A program made the translations under genes and the position numbers. From IMG/VR virus record IMGVR_UViG_3300028800_000001, positions 124,001 to 188,000 of that record: a stretch of DNA of 64,000 nucleotides; one strand, 5' to 3'. Within the stretch, counting starts at the first letter, position 1, and each line of letters starts with the position of its first letter. Below, piece by piece: positions 48,105 to 57,407 of this stretch. The notes beneath the pieces were generated by a model. That model saw nothing but the letters and a program-made list of their open reading frames with translations. It was not told the DNA's origin and ran no database searches.

Positions 48105-49424
48105 GTGAGTACAAGTATAGCACAAAAGCGCATTATGCGCACAGAACCAATCTTTTATGTCTACTTTTTCTATCGAGGAGAAAGCACTGTGCCTTTTTAT
48201 ATTGGGAAAGGATGTAAAAAGAGAATAGACGGCCACGAATACTGCGCTCGAAAGCACGCTACGTGCAAACATCTTACCTGCCGCATTATTCGTAAAGAAT
48301 GGCGCGAGGGAAGAAATATCACCAAAGTCAAAATAGCTGATGGCATCACAGAACAGGCCGCGTTTAGTCTAGAGAAGTTGTTCATCGATCTTGGAGCCGT
48401 GTACAAATGGCCCCTGGTCAATAAAACATTTGGTGGCGAAGGTGTAAGTGGATATATTCGAGATAAAGAATGGAGAGCAAGAAGGAGTAAACTTGCAAAA
48501 GAACTTGTTAAGCAAGGTAAATTTGAACATCTCAAAACTGTTAATGCCGGTCGCATTCATACGCAAGAAGAGCGAAGAAAGCGCAGCGAGAGTATCAAAA
48601 GAGCGACTTCTACGCCAGAGGCTCACGCACTTAAAATTCTTCGATCAAAGGAAATGTGGAAATCAGAAACATATCGAGAGAACCATAGAAGAGCCATGCA
48701 TACGCCAGAGGCTCACGAAAAACTTGCCTATTGGAAGGGAAAAGAATCTGCCCAGGCAAAAACGTACCCTGGCTTTATTGCTCCTGATGGAACGATCTAT
48801 CAAGATGTAAAAAATCTTACGCGTTTCGCAAAAGAACATGGTTTGCTCGTCTCAGCGCTCTGTTGCGTCGCACAAGGAAAAGTTGCAAGTCACAAAGGCT
48901 GGAAGCGCTATCCACCTCTCCCAGAAAAAGAGGCACGTTACCAGTTTACAGACCCAGAAGGAAAAATTCATAGAGTTGTCAATCTAAGCGCATTTTGTCG
49001 AGAACATAATCTTGATGCCAAAGCAATGTCAGATGTCGCTTTTGAGAGAAGAAGTATACACGACGGTTGGCAAAAATACCCGCCACAAGTTCTCAAACAA
49101 TATCAATGCGCTGGCTTTCGATCTCCCGATGGCACCGAATACAGAGACATTTCAAAACTGAAAGATTTTTGCATCGAGCATAGTCTTGATTACTCTGGAA
49201 TGGCAAAAGTGAACACCGGTAAAAAGCGAACGCATAGCGGTTGGTCAAGTTTGGCCCAGGAAGCCCCAAAACCAAAATACAATTTCATCGATCCAAACGG
49301 TATCACTTACAATACGAATAATCTAACGCAATTCTGTAGAGAACATGGACTCGACCAAGCCTCTATGAGTTCTGTCCATAGTGGCGCGTACAGACAATAT
49401 AAAGGTTGGAAGAAAAGTACATAA
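48105..49424 (+). CDS. GIY-YIG homing endonuclease with four tandem ~50-aa DNA-binding repeats
   Basis: FYVYFF...FYIGKG..KR..H; repeats F..PDG..Y...NL..FC.EH.L....V..G....H.GW. Confidence 0.85.
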   Translation: MSTSIAQKRIMRTEPIFYVYFFYRGESTVPFYIGKGCKKRIDGHEYCARKHATCKHLTCRIIRKEWREGRNITKVKIADGITEQAAFSLEKLFIDLGAVYKWPLVNKTFGGEGVSGYIRDKEWRARRSKLAKELVKQGKFEHLKTVNAGRIHTQEERRKRSESIKRATSTPEAHALKILRSKEMWKSETYRENHRRAMHTPEAHEKLAYWKGKESAQAKTYPGFIAPDGTIYQDVKNLTRFAKEHGLLVSALCCVAQGKVASHKGWKRYPPLPEKEARYQFTDPEGKIHRVVNLSAFCREHNLDAKAMSDVAFERRSIHDGWQKYPPQVLKQYQCAGFRSPDGTEYRDISKLKDFCIEHSLDYSGMAKVNTGKKRTHSGWSSLAQEAPKPKYNFIDPNGITYNTNNLTQFCREHGLDQASMSSVHSGAYRQYKGWKKST

Positions 49425-49429
49425 ACTGC

Positions 49430-49462
49430 ATATAAGAGCTAACGCAGTGTTAGCTCTTATAT
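49430..49462. terminator. bidirectional terminator-like hairpin between convergent genes
   Basis: ATATAAGAGCTAAC-GCAGT-GTTAGCTCTTATAT. Confidence 0.6.
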
Positions 49463-49469
49463 TATTTAT

Positions 49470-50321
49470 CTAGATGCGTATAGTGATTTGTGCTGTCAGG
49501 TTACTTACGTTTGAAACGGTCATGGGCTGGTTCACGGCATGATCAATGTAATTACCCACAAAGATGCCAGTAGTAGTATTTGCTGCACCAGAGGCAACAT
49601 TAACTAACCAACAACTTGTATAGTTTCCATTGGTGGTCGATCCGCCATTGGTTGAGTTTTTAAATACAAATGAGACTACAACACTTCTATTTCCAGCGCC
49701 GGTTGTATTGGCATAGGTAAAGCCACCACCGGTAATGACGCCGCTATACTGTGAGAGTGGACTGGTCGCATTTGCCGTCAAGTTACCGTTGGTCGGATTA
49801 TCAGTAATCGTGGGCTGCGGCACCACTGCGGAACCAATGGCATAGGCCGCGTTTGCGGTAAAGCTGGTGACTGTCAGCGACGTTGCGCCTTGTGAGGCAG
49901 GCGAAGAAAGAACAACGTTTTGTATTTGTCCCGTTCCAAAGCCAAGTTGTACCGTCGTGCCTGAAGGAATAGCGGCTGGAATGGCCGCAACCGAAAGACT
50001 GGTGACGCCGGTCTGCCCATTCGTCAGTGCAGTAGTCAACGTGGTCGAGCCATCATTGTTGGTAATAAGAATATCATTCCAGGGGCTCGCATTACTGGCG
50101 TTGGCAATAGCCGATCCGAGGATATTAACAGCCCCATTGTCGGTGACGATTTTTGGTGTCCAGAGCTCTTTTTGTACTTCGCCTGTTTTGGCATCACTCT
50201 GACAGATTCGCCAAATTCCAGCAAGCTTTCCTTCTGGATACATGGCGCAAAATTCTTCGTAGCTTTGTGGTTTCACGGAAGACCGGTGATACGGGGCATA
50301 GTCAACGAGTAGCTCGCGCAT
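49470..50321 (-). CDS. probable virion structural (tail/baseplate) protein
   Basis: Thr/Ser/Gly/Asn-rich beta protein; N-terminal IVTDNG..IL typical of minor tail proteins. Confidence 0.55.
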   Translation of the reverse strand: MRELLVDYAPYHRSSVKPQSYEEFCAMYPEGKLAGIWRICQSDAKTGEVQKELWTPKIVTDNGAVNILGSAIANASNASPWNDILITNNDGSTTLTTALTNGQTGVTSLSVAAIPAAIPSGTTVQLGFGTGQIQNVVLSSPASQGATSLTVTSFTANAAYAIGSAVVPQPTITDNPTNGNLTANATSPLSQYSGVITGGGFTYANTTGAGNRSVVVSFVFKNSTNGGSTTNGNYTSCWLVNVASGAANTTTGIFVGNYIDHAVNQPMTVSNVSNLTAQITIRI

Positions 50322-50439
50322 TCTTCACTCCTTGTAAAAAAAAGAAACAAAATGTGGGGATTTGTCTTTTCTTTCAAGGCGTGAAAAATTAGTGTGGAGC
50401 GCGGCTCAGTAGCCTGTAGTATAGCATAGAAAAAGGAAG

Positions 50440-50904
50440 TTGTCATGTGTTATACTAGGGCCAACCTCAAATGTTCGCACTCCAAATCCTCATTTTCCCG
50501 TGTCTACCCCGCTACTTCAAAGGAGTGCATGGACGGTGCAGCAGCCAATACAACAGGAGCCAGTAGCAACCCTACTGTATCGCATTGAAATCATGGAGAG
50601 AGAATTTACTCAACTGAAATCTCAACTCAGCCTCTACGAACCGGCTCGCGAGAGCGACTTAAAACTTCAACGCATCAACGATATTGTACAACGCATCGAA
50701 ATCGAAATCACCAGATGTAAAGAAAAACTAGAGACAATGAGCACCACCCTCACAACCCAGGATAACGAATCAAAAAAACGCGACAGCGAAACAAAAGAAG
50801 ATTTAAGTAAACTGCAAATCAAAGTCTTGTGGGGAATTATCTCAACGGTGATCGCTGTCCTTATCGGCATTTTGATTGGATACGCCAATCACCTACTCCA
50901 CTAG
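50440..50904 (+). CDS. coiled-coil protein with single C-terminal TM helix (holin/XhlA-like architecture)
   Basis: heptad-rich body then VLWGIISTVIAVLIGILIG; probable GTG start near 50536. Confidence 0.6.
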   Translation: MSCVILGPTSNVRTPNPHFPVSTPLLQRSAWTVQQPIQQEPVATLLYRIEIMEREFTQLKSQLSLYEPARESDLKLQRINDIVQRIEIEITRCKEKLETMSTTLTTQDNESKKRDSETKEDLSKLQIKVLWGIISTVIAVLIGILIGYANHLLH

Positions 50905-50916
50905 AGGTGAAACATT

Positions 50917-51528
50917 GTGAAATATTATAAGCGCTACACGTTCATCATCTTTGTCACTGAGTGCGTCCTCTTCTTACTCTTACTTGCCTTCCTGGCTGTA
51001 TGGGTAATCTTTGGAAGCCCTAGCAATATCATGAATCAGATTGGACTCCAACGTGCACGCTGTGAGCGCATCGAGAAAGATGCGCTCATCTTGCAATACG
51101 ATACCAATCAACAAGATCGCTCCCAGGCACTTAGCGAACTGCAAGATACTATTCCACCTGCTGACAAGGCACAGCAAGCATTGCAAACTGGCGACACAAG
51201 TCTGCGTTTGCCACGCCATCCTCCAAACAATGTGATTCTACTCGTCAACCAAAGCAATAGCGACTACATCCCCATTCAGGTCGCAGCCAATAAAATCATC
51301 GCCAATCACACGCCAGTTGACCCGTTACAAACACAAATCATCATGGCTCACGAGCACTCCTACAGTATCTCAATTAATAACATCGCCGTGGCCTGGGAAG
51401 ATCAAATCGATACCGTCTTCTTCCAGCTCTTCTTAATCGAAGCGGGGATTACGCTCGTCCTTCTCGTACTTGTTATCATGCAATACAGAAGAGCCATCAA
51501 TTACTACAACAAACCCCACGAAGAATAA
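50917..51528 (+). CDS. PilJ/NarX-like extracytoplasmic sensor domain with two TMs and no output domain
   Basis: TM-IMNQIGLQRARCERIEK...QQALQTGD...LP-TM. Confidence 0.6.
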   Translation: MKYYKRYTFIIFVTECVLFLLLLAFLAVWVIFGSPSNIMNQIGLQRARCERIEKDALILQYDTNQQDRSQALSELQDTIPPADKAQQALQTGDTSLRLPRHPPNNVILLVNQSNSDYIPIQVAANKIIANHTPVDPLQTQIIMAHEHSYSISINNIAVAWEDQIDTVFFQLFLIEAGITLVLLVLVIMQYRRAINYYNKPHEE

Positions 51529-51534
51529 CGCGCT

Positions 51535-51592
51535 AAATAATTAATTATTTTTTCTTAGACATTCTCAAATGAGAAAAAATAATTAATTATTT
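51535..51592. repeat. two perfect 16-bp palindromes AAATAATTAATTATTT, 42 bp apart
   Basis: copies at 51535-51550 and 51577-51592. Confidence 0.85.
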
Positions 51593-51600
51593 GCCTCCCC

Positions 51601-52437
51601 TTACTTCTCTGCCTCAACCCCATGGCAATAGCCGGTACAAGTAAAGTCGTCTGAGATGATTTCCAACATCAGTTGGCGGTGCAATGCATCAGCATCCTCT
51701 TGCGTCAACATATCTCGTTTCACGAAGAGGGGAAGTAACATTGTACTCATTACTTCTTGATTACGGTAAAAGTTTGCCCACATAGCGGAGCCTTGTGAAA
51801 AATCTTGGAGATACGCTTTTTGCCGAATATTCGTAAAGCCAAGGCGACGAAGCACTTGTGGAAGCGCTGTGGCGACCCCAACGGTACTGCCTGTCGAGGA
51901 AAAACCGTATCCAGTATCAAAAAGATACTGCGCGACTAAATCGTATTCGCGCTGAAGTGCTGGACTATTGGAAACGGTGTGTACAAATTCAATACTCTGG
52001 AATAATCCGCCAGGGGCAAGAATGCGGCGACACTCTTTGAGATACGGAAGCCACTGATGGCGTTTGAGAACTGCAAAAAGCAGCGTCATATGCACATAAT
52101 CAAACGTTTCATCGCTAAAGTCGAGTGGCTCTGTAATGTTCATCACACCAAAACTGGCGTTCGTTAACTGTTGCGAAAGGGCACGTGCATTCGCATAATC
52201 GACCATTGCCTTGCTGATATCAATGCCTGCGACCTCTGACTTAGGGCGTGCAAAGGCGACATCAAGTACCCATCCACCAGGACCGCAACCAAGATCAAGA
52301 ATGGTGCGAATGTTGGGGCGCTCTTCAATACCTGCCAGTGGGCCACCGCACATCTCAATGAAAAAGTGGCTCTGTGTAATGAGACGTGCAAGTTCATTCG
52401 CACTCTCAGGATCGAAGATATACGTGTTTTCTGTCAT
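51601..52437 (-). CDS. class I SAM-dependent methyltransferase
   Basis: ILDLGCGPGGW, GIDIS, FSDETFDYV, RRILAPGG. Confidence 0.9.
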   Translation of the reverse strand: MTENTYIFDPESANELARLITQSHFFIEMCGGPLAGIEERPNIRTILDLGCGPGGWVLDVAFARPKSEVAGIDISKAMVDYANARALSQQLTNASFGVMNITEPLDFSDETFDYVHMTLLFAVLKRHQWLPYLKECRRILAPGGLFQSIEFVHTVSNSPALQREYDLVAQYLFDTGYGFSSTGSTVGVATALPQVLRRLGFTNIRQKAYLQDFSQGSAMWANFYRNQEVMSTMLLPLFVKRDMLTQEDADALHRQLMLEIISDDFTCTGYCHGVEAEK

Positions 52438-52917
52438 GTTCCTCTTTTCTTTCTGAATATTCGCAACTTTTTTAAAGTATACTGAAAAAATACTCAGAAA
52501 ACAAGAAGAATACCTGTTCTACTTTTTGCCACGAGGATCAACGTATAAATGCTTCATACTTAAATGACGAAGGATACCATGCCCTGTCCAGATGCGTTTG
52601 CCACATGAGCAGTGATACGGATAAAACAATCTTCGGCCCACATACAGCGCCGCAAGCGCCGCGAAGATGTCAATGCAGTATTGAAACGTCATGCGTCACC
52701 ATCCTAGTTCATCTTTGACCTGTGCCCACGGCTTTGCTTCTTGCTGTGAGACGATAAGCACGAACGCTTCTTCTCGTTCAGTAAGGCGTTCTGCTCGCGT
52801 GAATCGATAGAAAAGACGATGGAAAAACAATCCAATCTTTTTCATCTGCTCCTCCTTAATTTTTAAAAATTAAAGAAATACAGCGTACAAAGCACACACT
52901 TTGTACGCGCCGCGCTG

Positions 52918-53733
52918 CTACGAAGCTGACGGAAGCAGCGCCATGACCTTTGTTGAGAGCAGGTGCGGATTCACCTGTCCGATGGCCTCACGAATTTGTT
53001 CCAAGATCATTGGATTGAGATATTCAATCCATCCATCCAAATTGGCTACCAGTTGATCGCTGGTACGAATTGCATGCATTGAGCAGAGCGTCTTAATGAG
53101 CCAGACCACCTGTGGTGCCAACACATTGATTTCCATCTCTGTGAGCCCATAATCCCGCGCCGTTTTGACGGTTTTAGGAAGCACACACAGTACCCGATCA
53201 CCTTCCGCCATAAGCGGCTTGCCAGTGGTGATTTCGGTCTCAATAGAAACTGAGGGAACGCAATACAGGTAAAGTGGAATATGCTGATCATTTAAGGCTT
53301 TGCGCAACGGGAGTAATCGCTGATGCTCAAATTCACCGCGTGCGATATTCATTGCACCATTAAAAAAGCGCTCATCTATATGGCGCGCCTGAATAAGCCC
53401 TTTACTCTGGCGAAGAATAGCAGCAAGGTTATCTACTGCCCAACGCATGTACCCAAAATGCCATGCGAGATTGAGAATAGTTGGGGCAAGTAATTCTTCT
53501 GTGCCTGCCCCAACATTGGTGACCACGAGCCCTCTATCTTCTGTTTGCTCATGACGCGTCCCAAAGTGCCCAGTCGTCAGCGGGAACTTCACCGCTGACC
53601 CGAAGTACGGACGCATCTTGGAGGAATCATAGAGAGAAATGCCATAGAGACTTTGCAACGCAATGTCAGCAGTCTCCCAGGTCTTTGTTCGGTATTTAGC
53701 CACGTACACTTCCTTCTTCGATGACACTTTCAC
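52918..53733 (-). CDS. hypothetical protein coupled to ParB-like gene
   Basis: 271-aa ORF overlapping the parB-like stop; no motif recognised. Confidence 0.65.
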   Translation of the reverse strand: MKVSSKKEVYVAKYRTKTWETADIALQSLYGISLYDSSKMRPYFGSAVKFPLTTGHFGTRHEQTEDRGLVVTNVGAGTEELLAPTILNLAWHFGYMRWAVDNLAAILRQSKGLIQARHIDERFFNGAMNIARGEFEHQRLLPLRKALNDQHIPLYLYCVPSVSIETEITTGKPLMAEGDRVLCVLPKTVKTARDYGLTEMEINVLAPQVVWLIKTLCSMHAIRTSDQLVANLDGWIEYLNPMILEQIREAIGQVNPHLLSTKVMALLPSAS

Positions 53734-55123
53734 TCACCGTACTTCGGTGAGACATTGCATCTTGAATAGTCTGCTTCGCACTATCGAGCGTATCTTGTAC
53801 CGCTACGATTTGCGCTAAGAGTCCAGCAATTTCCGCCTGAGACAGCCATCCAATCCCCTTCACAAATCCAGGCGACAAGAGATGAAAAAACGATTGTTGC
53901 GTCTGCGACAAGAGCTCTGTGCCATGCGCAACCGCTTGCCGGACAGAGATTTCTGCTTTAAGTTGGCGCTGTTCATCGCGCTGCGCGTAATAGGACTCAA
54001 TGTTGGCTTTTGTTTCTGCCAATTGTGCGTCCATTGCGGTGCGCTGCTGCGCAAGCATTTCGTCCAACTGAGAACGAATAGCCTTTGCGGCCTCCGCTTT
54101 AGACTGCTCAATCTCGCTTTGCAACTTTGTTTGCAGCGTGGTAAAACGGTTGCGCTCTTGCGCGGCTTCTTGTAACTTTGCTGCAAGCTCTTTTTCGCGC
54201 TGCTCAATAATTTCAGGACGGCGTGCCACCTCTTTGACCAAACGCTGATGTTGCGCCTCAAGATCTTTGTACTGTTTATTGAGCACATCCACTTGGGCTT
54301 CATAGCGTGTTGCCGTTTCCTTTTGCGCACCCTCTAACCGCTGTGCGTAGTGTTCTTCCAACTTTTGACGCGTCTGTTCCATCTCCAGCGCTAGCTTTGC
54401 GGCCAACTCTTTGTCGAAACGCTCTTCAAAGATTTCACGACGACGGCGTTCGATATAGGCATTCAGTTGCTCTCTGGTGACAATCTCACGCGCAATCACC
54501 AAATCAACAACTTTGGCAACCTCGCGGTAGTCATAGACCCCATCAAGCGTTCCTGCTTCACCAATCGTATGTCCTGCTTTGTATTCACGTAGTGGCAGCA
54601 CTTTGTTGAGCGTTGACCAACTAAGTTGAAGTTCGTTCTCATCTTGAACGGCGTTCACCATATATTGCTGCATACGATTTTGCAGATCATCAGGAAAGTA
54701 GCCAATGGCAATGTAGTCAGTCACCGTTGTAAAGTGCACGCCCACAGCGCGACTGATTTCTCGTGTGGAGGTGCCTTGCCGGTGGAGATTTGCGAGGCCA
54801 CGACACTCTGAGAGGAAGGTAAATTCACGGACAGCATTCGCTGCCTGGAGCATCATATTGGCTTCGCTGTCATCAACGATACCGTAACTGATCACCCAAA
54901 TGAGCTTCTCATTTTGTTCCAGCGAAGAACGGATACGCCCTTCACCATCAATGCACTCATAAAAGTCTCCTGGGAGAACGCGAACGGTGGGAAGTTGTAC
55001 CACCCCAATCTCACGCACGCTCTGGCGAAGACGCTCAAATTCAGCCCCCTGGTGCTTACGTGGATTTTTGGCAGTAAACTTGATCTTGCGCGGATCAACT
55101 TGCACTAATTGCGGTGTTTGCAT
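53696..55123 (-). CDS. ParB/Srx-like N-domain + HTH + long coiled coil
   Basis: VDPRKI....NPRK, LRQSVREIGVVQ, IDGEGRIR, TREISRAVGVHFTTV; about 200-aa heptad region. Confidence 0.75.
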   Translation of the reverse strand: MQTPQLVQVDPRKIKFTAKNPRKHQGAEFERLRQSVREIGVVQLPTVRVLPGDFYECIDGEGRIRSSLEQNEKLIWVISYGIVDDSEANMMLQAANAVREFTFLSECRGLANLHRQGTSTREISRAVGVHFTTVTDYIAIGYFPDDLQNRMQQYMVNAVQDENELQLSWSTLNKVLPLREYKAGHTIGEAGTLDGVYDYREVAKVVDLVIAREIVTREQLNAYIERRRREIFEERFDKELAAKLALEMEQTRQKLEEHYAQRLEGAQKETATRYEAQVDVLNKQYKDLEAQHQRLVKEVARRPEIIEQREKELAAKLQEAAQERNRFTTLQTKLQSEIEQSKAEAAKAIRSQLDEMLAQQRTAMDAQLAETKANIESYYAQRDEQRQLKAEISVRQAVAHGTELLSQTQQSFFHLLSPGFVKGIGWLSQAEIAGLLAQIVAVQDTLDSAKQTIQDAMSHRSTVSESVIEEGSVRG

Positions 55124-55151
55124 AATTTCACTTTCAATTCAAAAAGACACT

Positions 55152-55508
55152 TTACATTTTTGAGGAACGCGCCTCTTCTTGCAGTACTTCAAGCATTCTG
55201 GCAAGAAGCTCTGGATGCTTTTGTGCTTCAGCGAGGACACGTTCCACAGGCGTTTTCTTTTGAATACGATTCTCTTCAATATACAGCAACACATCTACGC
55301 GCCGGAAGCGCAGTGCACGCCCGACACGAAACCCTACCAACCTTCCTGTATCCACGAGACGTGTAATCGTCCGTGTTGAGACATCAAACCACTCTGCCAC
55401 CTGCTCAAGACTGAGCACCGCCCGATTTTGCTCCTCTCGACGCAGATCATCATAGTAATATTCTGTTGTGGCAGTATCAACAGCAAGTTGATAACGGTCA
55501 TCATTCAT
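55152..55508 (-). CDS. excisionase/MerR-like winged HTH DNA-binding protein
   Basis: LSLEQVAEWFDVSTRTITRLVDTGRL.GFRVGRALRF. Confidence 0.85.
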   Translation of the reverse strand: MNDDRYQLAVDTATTEYYYDDLRREEQNRAVLSLEQVAEWFDVSTRTITRLVDTGRLVGFRVGRALRFRRVDVLLYIEENRIQKKTPVERVLAEAQKHPELLARMLEVLQEEARSSKM

Positions 55509-55555
55509 ACTTCTTTTCCTTGTCTTGATCTGTCACGTTTGAAGCTCTGGTTGTA

Positions 55556-55585
55556 AGAATAACAGGTGAAAAGACTCGCTGTCAA
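55556..55585 (-). promoter_or_regulatory. sigma70-type promoter for the HTH-parB operon
   Basis: TTGACA-18 nt-TATTCT. Confidence 0.6.
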
Positions 55586-55596
55586 GTCCTTTCTTC

Positions 55597-55633
55597 AAAA
55601 AAAAAAGAGACACCCCAAAAAAGATGTCTCTTT
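55597..55633 (-). terminator. intrinsic terminator
   Basis: AAAGAGACA...TGTCTCTTT followed by a long T run on the minus strand. Confidence 0.55.
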
Positions 55634-55648
55634 GGATTATTTTCTTAT

Positions 55649-56290
55649 TTAATTCTTTCTGAGTGTCAAAACTGCTGGGAGCATATTAAACATCATGACC
55701 CCTACAGGGAGAAGAAAAACCGTGAGGCAAAGCCCATATGCAATGTTTGCCCAGATATATCCTGCCCAGCATCCAATAAAGCAGAAATACAATGCGCGCA
55801 AGAGAAAGTTCAGTTGTGCCGTTCCTCCAACAGTGACATTGACGTTCGTCTGCATAAAGGAGTTGTTCCCAGTTTGCAACGATGTCGTAGAAACGTTCAC
55901 GTTTGTTTCTATTCCCTTTGTCTTGAGCGTCATAATTTGCGGTATGCGGTTTAAGATCATTAAACCGGCTGGTAGCGTAATAATCAGCGAGCAAAGAAAA
56001 AAGCCGAGGTTAAGACAAAACCAGCCTGCCCACCAACCCACAAAGCAGAAATAGAGCGCTCGTACAAAAAATCCTGGCCCTGATGCCTTTACATTCACGT
56101 TGACATTTGTTTGCATCATATTTGTTGCCATCATCGGCTGCGGCGGATAATACGGCTGTTGCGCAAAGGGTTGCCCAGGTTGTTGCTGCGTTTGTGGTGG
56201 CATCGGTGGATACTGGTACATCGGTGCATATCCTTGTTGCGGATACGATTGCCCAGTAGTCTGATTCGGTTGTTGCGGAAATTCTTGCAT
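55649..56290 (-). CDS. YccF-like duplicated-domain membrane protein with Gln/Pro-rich N-terminus
   Basis: two copies of RALYFCF.G.WAG.....C....LP.G.M..N..P...TL. Confidence 0.7.
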   Translation of the reverse strand: MQEFPQQPNQTTGQSYPQQGYAPMYQYPPMPPQTQQQPGQPFAQQPYYPPQPMMATNMMQTNVNVNVKASGPGFFVRALYFCFVGWWAGWFCLNLGFFLCSLIITLPAGLMILNRIPQIMTLKTKGIETNVNVSTTSLQTGNNSFMQTNVNVTVGGTAQLNFLLRALYFCFIGCWAGYIWANIAYGLCLTVFLLPVGVMMFNMLPAVLTLRKN

Positions 56291-56364
56291 GGTTTCTCCT
56301 TATGGACGCGTTTATTCAAGTATAGCACGAAGTTTTTTCTTCGCGAGATTTTCAGACGAATTTC

Positions 56365-56712
56365 CTATACATGCTTCTTTTCCCTACTCTTCTTGATAAT
56401 CCAGAGCGTGAGAAGAAGTATGCCAAGGACAATGAGCCCCAGGAAAACACGTTGAAAGATCTGGTCGTTTTGCTGGTTAATCAACTGCTGCTGATAGCCA
56501 TAGTCATGCGAGAAGCCATTAGTGGTGACCGTACAAATTTCACCAATGCCCATCGGTTGCCCATTACAGGTTGGCCCGTTTATGGGAAGAATGGCCCCTA
56601 GAATGCCGCGTCCAATGTTATATCCCATAAGCGCAAGGCATCCCAGGATAAGAAGGATAAAAGGAATGGCGTAGCACCCCTGCATTATTTTTGCTTTTGT
56701 TGTATCTTTCAT
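56365..56712 (-). CDS. two-TM membrane protein
   Basis: hydrophobic N- and C-terminal helices around a small Cys loop. Confidence 0.6.
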   Translation of the reverse strand: MKDTTKAKIMQGCYAIPFILLILGCLALMGYNIGRGILGAILPINGPTCNGQPMGIGEICTVTTNGFSHDYGYQQQLINQQNDQIFQRVFLGLIVLGILLLTLWIIKKSREKKHV

Positions 56713-56718
56713 TTTCTC

Positions 56719-57357
56719 TTAATGACTATAAAGAATACGGTAGTCACCACCGTGATCAGCGCAAGAACCTACTGTCCCACCGGTTAACAGGTATTTGAGA
56801 TCAACACATTCGATCACATACCCTGTGCCACTTGAGAAGGTAGACGCGCACGAATAATAGGTACAAAAATCTGCTGGAGGATTAGTAATAAAACTTCCAC
56901 CAGTCGGATCAAAACTAAAGTTCGCTACATCACTTGCAGGTGTTGGCGTGACCGCAAGCTTTGGCACCGTAGGAGTGTTCGTGGGTACAGGCGTCACTGT
57001 TGGCGGTATCGCTGTCGGAACACTTGTTGCCACGGCTGTCGGAGGCACTACGACCGGTGGAGCCTGCGAAGGCGACGTTGGCACCTCTGTTGTTGCAACA
57101 GTCACCACCCGCGTCTGGACAATTGTTTTTTCAGCAGGCGCGTCTTTGGTCGAAAGCCAGAGTGCGCCGGTAAAGATGCAAAAGCTGAGTACAACAATGC
57201 AACACGTTGAAACCAGCGCGCACCTGCCTGCGGTGTCAGAGGTTTTCCAAATTTCTTTGAGATTTTTCTTCCGTTTCTTCTTTGGCTGAAACGAAGGCAT
57301 AGTATACATTTCCGTATAAGGATGCGGTTCCATAAAATGATCATCATTGGGATTCAT
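56719..57357 (-). CDS. membrane-anchored Pro/Thr-stalk protein with Cys-rich C-terminal domain
   Basis: TM, PT linker, NPPADFC..C...YVIEC...GSCADHGG..LYSH. Confidence 0.7.
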   Translation of the reverse strand: MNPNDDHFMEPHPYTEMYTMPSFQPKKKRKKNLKEIWKTSDTAGRCALVSTCCIVVLSFCIFTGALWLSTKDAPAEKTIVQTRVVTVATTEVPTSPSQAPPVVVPPTAVATSVPTAIPPTVTPVPTNTPTVPKLAVTPTPASDVANFSFDPTGGSFITNPPADFCTYYSCASTFSSGTGYVIECVDLKYLLTGGTVGSCADHGGDYRILYSH

Positions 57358-57407
57358 AAGTATATATTCCTCAGATGTGCCGCCCCGCGTAAGAGCGGCA
57401 CCAAAAA

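Noticed and set aside
55152-55508. Excisionase as proof of an integrated prophage
   Set aside because: No integrase, att-like repeat, tRNA or host/phage boundary is visible; such HTH proteins are often plain regulators.
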